From Steroidobacteraceae bacterium (GTDB lineage: Bacteria > Pseudomonadota > Gammaproteobacteria > Steroidobacterales > Steroidobacteraceae), in contig DATEJM010000004.1 in the NCBI GenBank assembly GCA_035277965.1, positions 22,868 to 86,867 of the forward strand: a stretch of 64,000 nt of DNA, written 5' to 3'. Below are positions 40,077-49,224 of this stretch, piece by piece. Each line of letters starts with the position of its first letter. The first letter of the stretch is position 1. The translations under genes were made by a program, and so were the position numbers. Below the pieces are notes generated by a model, which saw only the letters and a list, made by a program, of their open reading frames with translations, ran no database searches and was not told the DNA's origin.

Positions 40077-41099
40077 CGTCGTCGGCAGCCATGCGAGCAC
40101 GACCGGGTCGAGGTTGAACACGACGGTTCCCGACTCGATCAGCCGCTGCAGCAGGAAGAACCCGATTCCAAATACCAGCCCGACCAGGGTGCGCGTGCCG
40201 GCCCCCGCCGAGCGCATCGACCCGAGCACGAACGGAATCGCGAGCAGCGCGGCGAACGCGATCGCCACGGTCCGCGCGATCCGCGACCAGAAAGCGAACA
40301 CGTAGTCGCGCGCATCGAGCTCGTTGGCGTGCAGATACCGGATGAGTCTCCACAGCGACAGGCTCGTGAGCTCACTTGGGTCCTCGACCGCGAGACCGAG
40401 GAACCCGGCGGTCACGTTTGACTCGAGCACGCGCTGACCGCGCGGGTGCGCGAGCACCCGATCGTCGGTGAAGCGCGATTCGGCGTAGTCGTCCAGCAAC
40501 CACTTCCGATTTGGCCCCGCGGTGGCGTGACCGGCATGACCGATCGCACGCAGGCGATGATCGGGTGACAGCTCGAAAACCTGCATCCCGCCGAACTGGC
40601 GCTCGCCGGATTGCCGCGCGACGTTGATCAGCAGATTGCCGTCGCGCACCCAGGCACCCGTCCCGCTTCCGAAGCTGATGTCGGCGAACTTGCTGAACGC
40701 CTTCTGCTCCTTCGCCGTCTCCTGCAACGGGGGCGCCAACACCTCGCCCAGCAGGAGCTCCACGCCGATGAGCAGCAATGCGGCAATCATCGCCGCCCCC
40801 GCGAAGCGGGCCACGGATACGCCGGTCGCACGGATGACCGTGAGCTCGCTGCCCCGCGCGAGCGCACCAAGACCGAGCAACGAGCCGATGATGACGGTAA
40901 TCGGGAGCAGCTCGTAGGCCTGTTGAGGCAGATTGAGGAGAGTGAACCACAACGCGCTGAGGGCAGTGTAGTGCCCTACCCCGATATCCCGTTGCTGATC
41001 GATGAACAAGAACAGAGCACCGAGGACGAGCAGCACGCTCATCACGAGCACTACGGACCCCAGAATCGTGCGCACCACATACCGATCCAGGAGGCTCAC
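40032..41099 (-). CDS. lptG: LPS export ABC transporter permease LptG
   Basis: YjgP/YjgQ-family polytopic protein starting (V)SLLDRYVVRTILGSV. GTG 41099 overlaps the lptF stop (GTGA). Confidence 0.85.
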   Translation of the reverse strand: MSLLDRYVVRTILGSVVLVMSVLLVLGALFLFIDQQRDIGVGHYTALSALWFTLLNLPQQAYELLPITVIIGSLLGLGALARGSELTVIRATGVSVARFAGAAMIAALLLIGVELLLGEVLAPPLQETAKEQKAFSKFADISFGSGTGAWVRDGNLLINVARQSGERQFGGMQVFELSPDHRLRAIGHAGHATAGPNRKWLLDDYAESRFTDDRVLAHPRGQRVLESNVTAGFLGLAVEDPSELTSLSLWRLIRYLHANELDARDYVFAFWSRIARTVAIAFAALLAIPFVLGSMRSAGAGTRTLVGLVFGIGFFLLQRLIESGTVVFNLDPVVLAWLPTTLLAAVSLLLLARAR

Positions 41100-42181
41100 G
41101 ATCGAATCCCCCACCGCAGGCGTGTGGCGAGGCGTGGCGTGAGGATGACGGCGAGGGCAAACGCAGCGACTGCCGCGTGAGTCCACCACAGTCCCATCGG
41201 CTCAGGCGTCGTGCCCTGAGCGATCCAGATTTTGCCCGCCGAGATCAGATTCGAGTAGAGGAAGTAGATCACGATAGCGATCCACACCCGTGCATAGCGG
41301 CCCTGGCGCGGCCGCAGCCGTGCCAGGGGAACCGCCAACAAGGTGAGCACCAGGCACATGATCGGCAAGGCCATCCGCCAATGCAGCTCCGCGCGCTCCT
41401 TGAGATCGCGCGAGACCAGCAGCTCGCTCGTCGGCTTCGAATCGAATCGGATCACGTCCGAGGGAACAGGAACCTGCACCGGTACGACATGCTCCGCGAA
41501 CCGGACCATCCGGAACTGAGCGCTGCCCGGCACGCCCTCGAAGCGCTCCCCGTCGTACAGCGTGATCGTGTGCGTCATACCGTCGGGCGTAACCGTGTGC
41601 CGGGCCTTTTCCGCCAGCGCCACCTCCACCCGCGGACCGCGATTGCGCTCCACGAACACATTTCCAAGCGTCCCGTCCGGATTGACGTCTTCCGCGTAAA
41701 CAACCGCGCTACCCCCGCCGAAAGTGCGGAACTTTCCGGGCGCGATTGGAGCGAATTGACCTGCACGCACAGCGGCGCCGCGGAGGCTCATCGTGCGACC
41801 GGTGGCCTGCGGAGCGAGCACCAGCGTGAGCCACGCGAGTGCGACAGTCACCAGCACCGCGAGGAAGGCCACCGGCCGGTAGAGCACCGAGGGGCCCGCG
41901 CCGCACGACAGAGCAGCCGCCATCTCACTGTCGTGATAGAGCCTGCCAAACGCCAGCACCACGCCCAGCAGCAGGCCCACCGGCACGATGATGCTGAGGT
42001 TCTCCACGGTCCCCAGACCGATCAGCTCGAGCACGATGTCGCGCGGGAACTGATTCACCGCGGCGCGCGCGAGCACCGCCGCCACCTGGTTCGCGAGCAG
42101 GATCACCAGAAGCACGCTCGTGACCGCCACTGAGGCAATCACGACTTCGCGCAGGATGTAACGGCCGAGGATCTTTCCCAA
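41096..42181 (-). CDS. lptF: LPS export ABC transporter permease LptF
   Basis: Starts (L)GKILGRYILREVVIASVAV. Divergent from pepA, as in E. coli. The TTG 42181 start is inferred; the track ORF is over-extended to 42652. Confidence 0.8.
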   Translation of the reverse strand: MGKILGRYILREVVIASVAVTSVLLVILLANQVAAVLARAAVNQFPRDIVLELIGLGTVENLSIIVPVGLLLGVVLAFGRLYHDSEMAAALSCGAGPSVLYRPVAFLAVLVTVALAWLTLVLAPQATGRTMSLRGAAVRAGQFAPIAPGKFRTFGGGSAVVYAEDVNPDGTLGNVFVERNRGPRVEVALAEKARHTVTPDGMTHTITLYDGERFEGVPGSAQFRMVRFAEHVVPVQVPVPSDVIRFDSKPTSELLVSRDLKERAELHWRMALPIMCLVLTLLAVPLARLRPRQGRYARVWIAIVIYFLYSNLISAGKIWIAQGTTPEPMGLWWTHAAVAAFALAVILTPRLATRLRWGIRS

Positions 42182-42335
42182 CGATTCACGCCTGCCCGCC
42201 TCGGCAGGCTCTTGAGTTACACTAATACACCACAGCGTGCGCGGTCGGAACACTCGGTGGGCGCACAATAAGCTAACAGAAAGTCCCGTCAGGGTGCTTT
42301 CTGTCCACTCCAAAAATCCCTCACCGGGAGGTCGG

Positions 42336-43829
42336 ATGCAATTCGAGGTCTGGTCCAAGGGACTGGCGCATCTCAGTGTGGACTGTCTGGTGCTCGGTGT
42401 CTTCGAGGATGGGCAGCTCGACGAGAACGCGCTCGCGGTCGACGATGCGCTGGATGGGCGCTTGAGGGCGCTGGCGAAGAGAGGTGACTTCTCCGGGCGG
42501 ATCGCGGAAACGCTGCTCCTGACCGATCTGACGGGAGTCGGCGCGACACGCGTGCTGCTCGTCGGGCTGGGAGGCCACAAATCCTTCGAGCGCCGTCCGT
42601 GGCGCCGCGCGATCAATGCGGCGGTGACCGCGCTGGCGCGTACGAAGATCAAGAGCGCTGCGATCGCCCTCGCTCGACCTCCGAGTCGCAGCCTCGACGA
42701 CTACTACTTCGGGCGCGGCATCGCCGAGATCACGGGTTCCGTGCTGTACCGCGTCAACGATCTCAAAACCGGCAAGAAGCCTGCGGCCCCGGTGCTGGAA
42801 ACCGTGCATGCGGGCCCCGTCCGCAAGGCCGCCATCGAGGCCGTATCGCGAGGCCTCCGGGATGGTGCCGCTGTGGCAGCGGCAGCGAGTCTGCAACGCA
42901 ATCTCGCCAACCTCCCCGGCAATGTGTGCACCCCTTCCTATCTTGCCGAGCAGGCCCGCGCCCTGGCGAAGAAGTATTCGTCCCTCCGGGTGCAGGTGCT
43001 CGAGGAAGCCGCCATCCGCCGCGAGAAGATGGGTTGTCTCCTCGCCGTCAGCCAGGGCAGCGAGCAGCCGCCCCGCTTCATCATCATTGAATACAAAGGC
43101 GCGAAGGCGCAGTCCGCTCCCATCGTGCTGGTCGGCAAAGGCGTCACTTTCGACACGGGAGGCATCTCGCTGAAGGAACCGCCGGCGATGGACGAGATGA
43201 AGTTCGACATGAGCGGCGCCGCCGCGGTGCTGGCGGCCCTGTCACTCGTCGCCGAGCTGCGTCTGCCGCTGCGCGTCGTCGGCCTGGTGGCGGCAGTCGA
43301 GAACATGCCGGGCGGCCAGGCAATCAAGCCCGGAGATATCGTCACCAGCGCTGCCGGCCTCACCGTGGAGATACTCAACACGGATGCGGAGGGGCGGCTG
43401 ATCCTGTGTGACGCCCTGCATTATGCCCGCCGCTTCGAGCCCGCCGCCGTCGTGGACATCGCCACTCTGACGGGAGCTTGTGTCATTGCGCTCGGCCCGC
43501 ACCACGCGGGCGTGATGGGAAATGACGAGGACCTGGTGCAGGAGCTGGTCGCGGCCGGACGCCGCGCCGACGATCGGGCCTGGCACATGCCGCTCACGGA
43601 GGAGTATGGCGAGCAGTTGAAGAGCAACTTTGCCGACTTTGCCAATGTTGGGGGACGCGAGGGCGGCGCGATCACGGCCGCCGCGTTCCTCGGCAAGTTC
43701 ACGCAGGGCCTGAAGTGGGCCCACCTGGACATCGCGGGCACGGCGTACCTCGGGGGCGCTCAAAAGGGCAGCACCGGCCGGCCGACGCCCCTGCTGGCGG
43801 ACTTCCTGATCCGTCGGGCCGGTCGTTGA
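42336..43829 (+). CDS. pepA: Leucyl aminopeptidase (M17)
   Basis: GGGAGG precedes ATG 42336. Contains VGKGVTFDTGGISLK and the M17 signature NTDAEGRLILCDAL. Confidence 0.9.
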   Translation: MQFEVWSKGLAHLSVDCLVLGVFEDGQLDENALAVDDALDGRLRALAKRGDFSGRIAETLLLTDLTGVGATRVLLVGLGGHKSFERRPWRRAINAAVTALARTKIKSAAIALARPPSRSLDDYYFGRGIAEITGSVLYRVNDLKTGKKPAAPVLETVHAGPVRKAAIEAVSRGLRDGAAVAAAASLQRNLANLPGNVCTPSYLAEQARALAKKYSSLRVQVLEEAAIRREKMGCLLAVSQGSEQPPRFIIIEYKGAKAQSAPIVLVGKGVTFDTGGISLKEPPAMDEMKFDMSGAAAVLAALSLVAELRLPLRVVGLVAAVENMPGGQAIKPGDIVTSAAGLTVEILNTDAEGRLILCDALHYARRFEPAAVVDIATLTGACVIALGPHHAGVMGNDEDLVQELVAAGRRADDRAWHMPLTEEYGEQLKSNFADFANVGGREGGAITAAAFLGKFTQGLKWAHLDIAGTAYLGGAQKGSTGRPTPLLADFLIRRAGR

Positions 43830-44293
43830 GTGAGCCTGGCGAGACAGGCGATTCCAACGCTCTGCGCGTTGACTTCTACGTGCTCGAGGATTCCTCGCCG
43901 AGCGCGCGGCTGAAGCTCGCGTGCCGGCTCGCCGAGAAGGCGTATCTGGCCGCGCAGCACGTGCTCCTGTGGCATGACGACTCTCAGGAGCTCAAAGTGC
44001 TGGATGAGCTGCTGTGGACGTTCGCGGACGGGAGTTTCGTGCCACACGATCTCGCGGCCACCGCCGTGACCGAGGCCCCGGTCGTCCTCGCCACGGGCGC
44101 CTTCCCTGCGGGCCAGTTCGATATGATCATCAATCTCAGCACCGAGCTGCCGCCGGACCTCGAGCGGACACGGCGGGTCGCCGAGATCATCGACGGCGAC
44201 GAGGCGCGCCGGCGGGCCGGCCGCATGCGCTTCAAGGCCTATCGCGAGCGAGGTCTGCAGCCCGCGTCTCACAACATCCGCGCCGCCTTTTGA
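43826..44293 (+). CDS. holC: DNA polymerase III chi subunit
   Basis: RVDFYVLED...LWTFADGSFVPH...RFKAYRERG parallels E. coli HolC, with pepA-holC-valS synteny. The TTG start (TTGA overlap with pepA) is inferred. Confidence 0.75.
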   Translation: MSEPGETGDSNALRVDFYVLEDSSPSARLKLACRLAEKAYLAAQHVLLWHDDSQELKVLDELLWTFADGSFVPHDLAATAVTEAPVVLATGAFPAGQFDMIINLSTELPPDLERTRRVAEIIDGDEARRRAGRMRFKAYRERGLQPASHNIRAAF

Positions 44294-44368
44294 GACGAGG
44301 ACAAAATCGCCCGGCGCGACTTTGAGCAGCGCCGCGGCGCGCTCGCTGGCCCGTAGGGCGCGCCCCGC

Positions 44369-44374
44369 TATAAT
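44369..44374 (+). promoter_or_regulatory. Candidate -10 box (TATAAT) for valS
   Basis: A perfect TATAAT lies 33 nt before the valS ATG. The -35 region is poor (CTGGCC at 17-nt spacing). Confidence 0.3.
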
Positions 44375-44406
44375 CCAACGTCTTTTCCTGCGATCAAGCC
44401 CTGCCG

Positions 44407-47226
44407 ATGGACAAAGTCTACGCCCCGCACGAGATCGAGCGGCGCATCTATGAGCGTTGGGAGCGCAACGACTGGTTCAAGCCGACCGGAGAGGGGCCGC
44501 CTTATTGCATCATGATCCCGCCGCCGAACGTGACGGGCACGCTGCACATGGGGCATGCCTTTCAGCACACCCTGATGGACGCTCTCACCCGTTACCACCG
44601 CATGCGCGGATATGACACCCTCTGGCAGCCGGGAACGGACCACGCAGGCATCGCGACCCAGATGGTCGTCGAGCGCCGGCTCAACGCGAAAGGCATGAAG
44701 CGCACCGACCTCGGCCGCGAAGCCTTCCTCGAGCGCGTCTGGGAATGGAAGGAGCACTCCGGCGGGACCATCAGCTCCCAGATGCGCCGTCTCGGCGATT
44801 CGGTGGACTGGTCCCGCGACCGTTTCACCATGGATCCGGGCCTGTCCGCGGCGGTCATCGAAGTATTCGTGCGTCTGTACGAAGAAGGGCTGATCTATCG
44901 CGGCAAGCGGCTGGTCAACTGGGATCCGGTGCTGTTGACCGCGCTGTCCGATCTCGAGGTGCAGAGCGAGGAAGAGGACGGACACCTGTGGCATCTGCGC
45001 TATCCGCTCGAGGACGGCTCGGGGTACGTGGTGGTTGCAACGACCCGTCCGGAAACGATGCTGGGAGATACGGCGGTCGCCGTAAACCCGGACGACCCGC
45101 GCTACGAGAGCCTCGTCGGCAAGAAGCTGCGGCTGCCACTCGCCGAGCGGTCGATCCCCATCGTGGCCGACAGCTACGTCGATGCCGCGTTCGGCTCGGG
45201 ATGCGTGAAGATCACGCCCGCCCACGATTTCAACGACTATGAGCTCGGCCTGCGTCATGATCTGCCGCAGATCAACATCCTGACGCCGCGCGCGGCGCTC
45301 AACGACCAGGTGCCCGAGCGTTTCCGCGGACTCGATCGCTACGAGGCGCGCAAGCGCATCCTCGCCGAGCTCGAGGCCGCCGGGCTCATCGAGCGCATCG
45401 AGAAACATAAGCTCTTCGTGCCGCGCGGCGATCGCAGCGGCGCGGTGCTCGAGCCCTATCTGACGGACCAGTGGTACGTGAAGATCGCTCCGCTCGCGCA
45501 GCCGGCCGTCGCCGCGGTCGAGCAGGGCAGGACGCGATTCGTTCCGGAGAACTGGGCGAAGACCTATTTCGAGTGGATGCGCAACATCAAGGACTGGTGC
45601 ATCAGCCGCCAGCTCTGGTGGGGGCATCGCATCCCCGCCTGGTATGACCGGCAAGGCCAGGTCTACGTTGGACGTGATGAGGCACAGGTCCGCAAGCAAC
45701 ACTCACTCGCCCCGGATGTCGTGTTGCGTCAGGACGACGACGTGCTCGATACGTGGTTCTCCAGCGCCCTGTGGCCGTTCTCGACGCTCGGGTGGCCCCA
45801 CGAGACGTCCGAGCTCGGCAAGCTCTATCCAACGAGCGTGCTCGTGACGGGCTTCGACATCATCTTCTTCTGGGTCGCCCGCATGATGATGATGGGCCTC
45901 AAGTTCATGGGTGACGTGCCGTTCCGCGATGTCTACATCACGGGGCTCATCCGCGACGAGCACGGCGACAAGATGTCGAAGACGAAGGGCAACGTGCTCG
46001 ACCCGCTCGACATCGTGGACGGGATCGAGCTCGAGCCTCTCGTGGCAAAGCGAACCAGCGGTCTCATGCAGCCGCAGCTCGCGCCGGGCATCGAGAAAGG
46101 CACGCGCAAGCAATTTCCCCAGGGCATTGCGCCCCATGGCACGGATGCCTTGCGCTTCACCTTTGCCGCGCTGGCATCGCCGAGTCGGGACATCCGTTTC
46201 GACCTTGGCCGCGTCGCCGGCTACCGCAACTTCTGCAACAAGCTGTGGAATGCCGCCCGCTTCGTGATGCTGTCCGTCGGCCAGCCCGAGCCGGCGGATG
46301 GCGAGGAACGCGAGCCGGCGGATGGCGGGAAACGCGAGCCAGCGGATCACGGGGAGCGCGAGCTGTCGGTGGCCGATCGGTGGATCACATCACGGTTTGG
46401 ACGCATGCTCGAAGACGTCGCCGCCGCTTTCCGCGATTATCGCTTCGATTTCGCCGCGGCGGCGTTGTATGAGTTCACCTGGTATGCCTTCTGCGATTGG
46501 TATCTCGAGCTCACGAAAGCCGTGCTGCAGTCCGAGTCGGCTTCCGCGGCTGCCAAGCGCGGCACGCGCCGGACGCTCGTGGAGATCCTCGAAGCGTTGC
46601 AGCGGGCGTTGCATCCGTTGATGCCTTTCATCACGGAAGAGATCTGGCAACGGGCCGCGCCGCTCGCACAGCGTGGCGGTGAGACCGTGATGTTGCAAGC
46701 CTATCCGCAGCCGGCCGAGTTCCCGCGCGATGCAGCGGCAGAGAGCGAAGTCGCATGGCTCCAGGCGTTCATCCTGGCAGTGAGGCAGATCCGCGGCGAG
46801 ATGAACATCAATCCCGGGAAGCGCATTCCGGTGCTGTTGCAGGACGCGTCCGCCAAGGACCGGCAGTATGTTGAGTTGCATCGCGCATGGCTCGAGCGCC
46901 TGGCCGGTCTCGACAGCCTGAACATCCTGCCTGCCGATGCGGCAGCGCCCGAGTCCGCCACCGCGCTGGTTGGCGAGCTGTCCATCCTGGTGCCGATGGC
47001 AGGGCTGATCGACGCCGCCGCGGAAGTCGAGCGTCTAGGTAAAGTGCTCGCGAAGGCGCGCCAGGATCTCGACAAGACGCAAGCGAAGCTCTCGAACGAG
47101 AACTTCGTGCGCAACGCACCGCCCGCGGTCGTCGCCACCGATCGGGAGCGTGCGGCCGATCTGGAGCGGACGGTCAGCAGTGTCTCCGCGCAACTCGAAC
47201 GCGTGCGCCAGCTGTTGAAGGCATGA
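44407..47226 (+). CDS. valS: Valine--tRNA ligase
   Basis: 939 aa. HIGH ([13 protein letters not shown]), KMSKS (DKMSKTKGN) and a C-terminal coiled coil. Confidence 0.95.
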   Translation: MDKVYAPHEIERRIYERWERNDWFKPTGEGPPYCIMIPPPNVTGTLHMGHAFQHTLMDALTRYHRMRGYDTLWQPGTDHAGIATQMVVERRLNAKGMKRTDLGREAFLERVWEWKEHSGGTISSQMRRLGDSVDWSRDRFTMDPGLSAAVIEVFVRLYEEGLIYRGKRLVNWDPVLLTALSDLEVQSEEEDGHLWHLRYPLEDGSGYVVVATTRPETMLGDTAVAVNPDDPRYESLVGKKLRLPLAERSIPIVADSYVDAAFGSGCVKITPAHDFNDYELGLRHDLPQINILTPRAALNDQVPERFRGLDRYEARKRILAELEAAGLIERIEKHKLFVPRGDRSGAVLEPYLTDQWYVKIAPLAQPAVAAVEQGRTRFVPENWAKTYFEWMRNIKDWCISRQLWWGHRIPAWYDRQGQVYVGRDEAQVRKQHSLAPDVVLRQDDDVLDTWFSSALWPFSTLGWPHETSELGKLYPTSVLVTGFDIIFFWVARMMMMGLKFMGDVPFRDVYITGLIRDEHGDKMSKTKGNVLDPLDIVDGIELEPLVAKRTSGLMQPQLAPGIEKGTRKQFPQGIAPHGTDALRFTFAALASPSRDIRFDLGRVAGYRNFCNKLWNAARFVMLSVGQPEPADGEEREPADGGKREPADHGERELSVADRWITSRFGRMLEDVAAAFRDYRFDFAAAALYEFTWYAFCDWYLELTKAVLQSESASAAAKRGTRRTLVEILEALQRALHPLMPFITEEIWQRAAPLAQRGGETVMLQAYPQPAEFPRDAAAESEVAWLQAFILAVRQIRGEMNINPGKRIPVLLQDASAKDRQYVELHRAWLERLAGLDSLNILPADAAAPESATALVGELSILVPMAGLIDAAAEVERLGKVLAKARQDLDKTQAKLSNENFVRNAPPAVVATDRERAADLERTVSSVSAQLERVRQLLKA
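46288..46359 (+). repeat. 24-bp x3 in-frame tandem repeat inside valS ([24 protein letters not shown])
   Basis: Units are gagccggcggatggcgaggaacgc / gagccggcggatggcgggaaacgc / gagccagcggatcacggggagcgc. Confidence 0.9.
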
Positions 47227-48191
47227 GCGCAGAGCCCGCGACGGGGAGCTCGAACGATCAGCCGTCGGCCGATGCGGCCGCCCTGCAACACGCAGTCGCC
47301 GCACTCGATGCCGTGATCCTCGGCAAACCGGATCAGCTGCGGCTGTGTCTCGCATGCCTGCTCGCGCGCGGCCATCTCCTGATCGAGGATGTCCCCGGTG
47401 TAGGCAAAACGACCCTCGCCCACGCGCTGGCACACGTCCTCGGCCTCGCGTGGCAGCGGGTCCAGTTCACGAGCGACTTGCTGCCGGCGGACATCATCGG
47501 CGTCTCGGTGTTCGATCGCTCGGGTCAGCAATTCCAGTTTCGTCGGGGCCCGATCTTCACCCAGCTGTTGCTGGCCGATGAAGTCAACCGCGCGAGCCCC
47601 CGCACGCAAAGCGCCCTGCTCGAAGCCATGGAGGAGCGCCAGGTCAGCGCGGATCTGACCACCTATCGACTGCCGGAGCCGTTTTTCGTCGTGGCGACCC
47701 AGAATCCGCACGAGCAACTCGGCACTTTCTGCCTGCCCGAGTCGCAGCTCGATCGCTTTCTCATGCGCGTCAGCCTCGGCTATCCGGATGCCACCCACGA
47801 GCGCGAGCTGTTGCGCAGTGGCGAGCGCCGGGAAATGCTCTCCCGGATTCGCCCCGCTCTCAACCCCGAGGCAATCGTGCGTCTGCAACAGGCCATTCGG
47901 GCGGTGCATCTGTCGGACGCCATACTCGACTACGCCCAGAGCCTGATTGCTCACACGCGCAAGCAAATCGACCTGAAGCTCGGACTGTCGCCACGCGCGG
48001 GGCAGGGGCTCGTGCGCGCGGCTCAGGCGTGGAGCTATCTCGCTCGCCGGAGCACGGTCCTGCCGGAGGACCTGCAGGCTGTGCTCCCGGCGGTCGTGGC
48101 CCACCGTCTCGAGCGCGCCGAGTCCGCCCACGGGGTTGGCGGCGAGAGCGTGGCTGCCGAGCTCATCAGAGCGGTGCCGGTACCGCTCTGA
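47223..48191 (+). CDS. MoxR-family AAA+ ATPase
   Basis: 322 aa. Walker [13 protein letters not shown], Walker [10 protein letters not shown], then VVATQNP. ATGA overlap with the valS stop. Confidence 0.85.
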   Translation: MSAEPATGSSNDQPSADAAALQHAVAALDAVILGKPDQLRLCLACLLARGHLLIEDVPGVGKTTLAHALAHVLGLAWQRVQFTSDLLPADIIGVSVFDRSGQQFQFRRGPIFTQLLLADEVNRASPRTQSALLEAMEERQVSADLTTYRLPEPFFVVATQNPHEQLGTFCLPESQLDRFLMRVSLGYPDATHERELLRSGERREMLSRIRPALNPEAIVRLQQAIRAVHLSDAILDYAQSLIAHTRKQIDLKLGLSPRAGQGLVRAAQAWSYLARRSTVLPEDLQAVLPAVVAHRLERAESAHGVGGESVAAELIRAVPVPL

Positions 48192-48219
48192 ACATCGGCA
48201 AAGCGACGCGGCTGCTGCG

Positions 48220-49224
48220 ATGAAGGCTTATCTGCGCGCACGGATCGCACAGTGGGTCCTGAGGCGGCAGGGCCGCGACACTCTGCCGCTCACATTGCGG
48301 CGGCAGCGGCTGTACATTCTTCCGAGCCGCGCAGGAGTGGGTTTCGGTGTCCTGCTGCTCTTCATGCTGCTCGCGGGACTGAACTACGCAAACAGCACTG
48401 CCCTGTTCATCACGTTTCTGTTAGGCGGCTTCATGTTGGTCGCCATGCACCTCTGCCACCGCAATCTGCTCGGTGTCAGGCTGATTTCCGCGATCGCACC
48501 GCCGACGTTTGCGCCGCGCGATGGATATCTGCAGCTCGCGCTGGAGAGCGGCGCTGCCGCGAACCGCTACCGGATCGCGGCTGGAGTCGATCACGGACAG
48601 ACGATCGCGGCGGACTTGCCGGGTGGGGGCTCCGGGCAGGTCGTGCTTCCAATCGAAGCCCCGCGCCGAGGTCGCATCAGAATCGATCGGCTGTGCCTCA
48701 CGACGACACATCCTTTCGGCTTGTTCCGCGCCTGGACGTGGGTCCACGTACCCGTGGAAATGTTGGTTTACCCGCGTGCCAGCGGGGCGCTGCCATTGCC
48801 CGCGGAAAGCGGGCGCCGGCCGGGCGTTCGATCGAGCCGCGAAGTGGGGGCGGATGAGTGGATCGGGCTGCGACCGTATCGGGACGGCGATTCTCCGCGG
48901 CAGGTCGATTGGAAAGCGTACGCGCGCGCGGCTCCGCTGCTGGTGAAGGAATACGCCGCCACGGGCTCGGAGCTGCGTTTGTTGCGCTTCGACTCGCTTA
49001 CCGGACTGCAGACTGAAGCCCGTCTCGAGCAACTCGCACGATGGGTGTTGGACGCGGAAGCCGCCGGCGAGCGCTATGGTCTCGAGTTGCCGGGAACGAG
49101 CATCCCGCCCGGCCAGGGGGCGGAGCATCGACACCGCTGTCTCACGGCTCTGGCCGTGTTCGGTGTCGATCCCGCTCCGCGCTTCGGTGTCGATCCCGCT
49201 CCGCGCTCTGATGTCATCCCCTGA
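48220..49224 (+). CDS. DUF58 domain-containing protein
   Basis: Two N-terminal TM helices, then GLRPYRDGDSPRQVDWKAYAR, the DUF58 hallmark. Follows MoxR. Confidence 0.75.
   Translation: MKAYLRARIAQWVLRRQGRDTLPLTLRRQRLYILPSRAGVGFGVLLLFMLLAGLNYANSTALFITFLLGGFMLVAMHLCHRNLLGVRLISAIAPPTFAPRDGYLQLALESGAAANRYRIAAGVDHGQTIAADLPGGGSGQVVLPIEAPRRGRIRIDRLCLTTTHPFGLFRAWTWVHVPVEMLVYPRASGALPLPAESGRRPGVRSSREVGADEWIGLRPYRDGDSPRQVDWKAYARAAPLLVKEYAATGSELRLLRFDSLTGLQTEARLEQLARWVLDAEAAGERYGLELPGTSIPPGQGAEHRHRCLTALAVFGVDPAPRFGVDPAPRSDVIP
49159..49206 (+). repeat. Perfect 24-bp x2 tandem duplication (FGVDPAPR x2) at the DUF58 C-terminus
   Basis: ttcggtgtcgatcccgctccgcgc occurs twice without mismatch and ends 5 nt before the tgpA-like ATG. 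Confidence 0.9.

Noticed and set aside
44368-48131. Two long minus-strand ORFs (44368-45702 and 46701-48131) opposite valS and moxR.
   Set aside because: Both are antisense to strongly conserved genes, with no recognisable domains. They are GC-rich frame artefacts.
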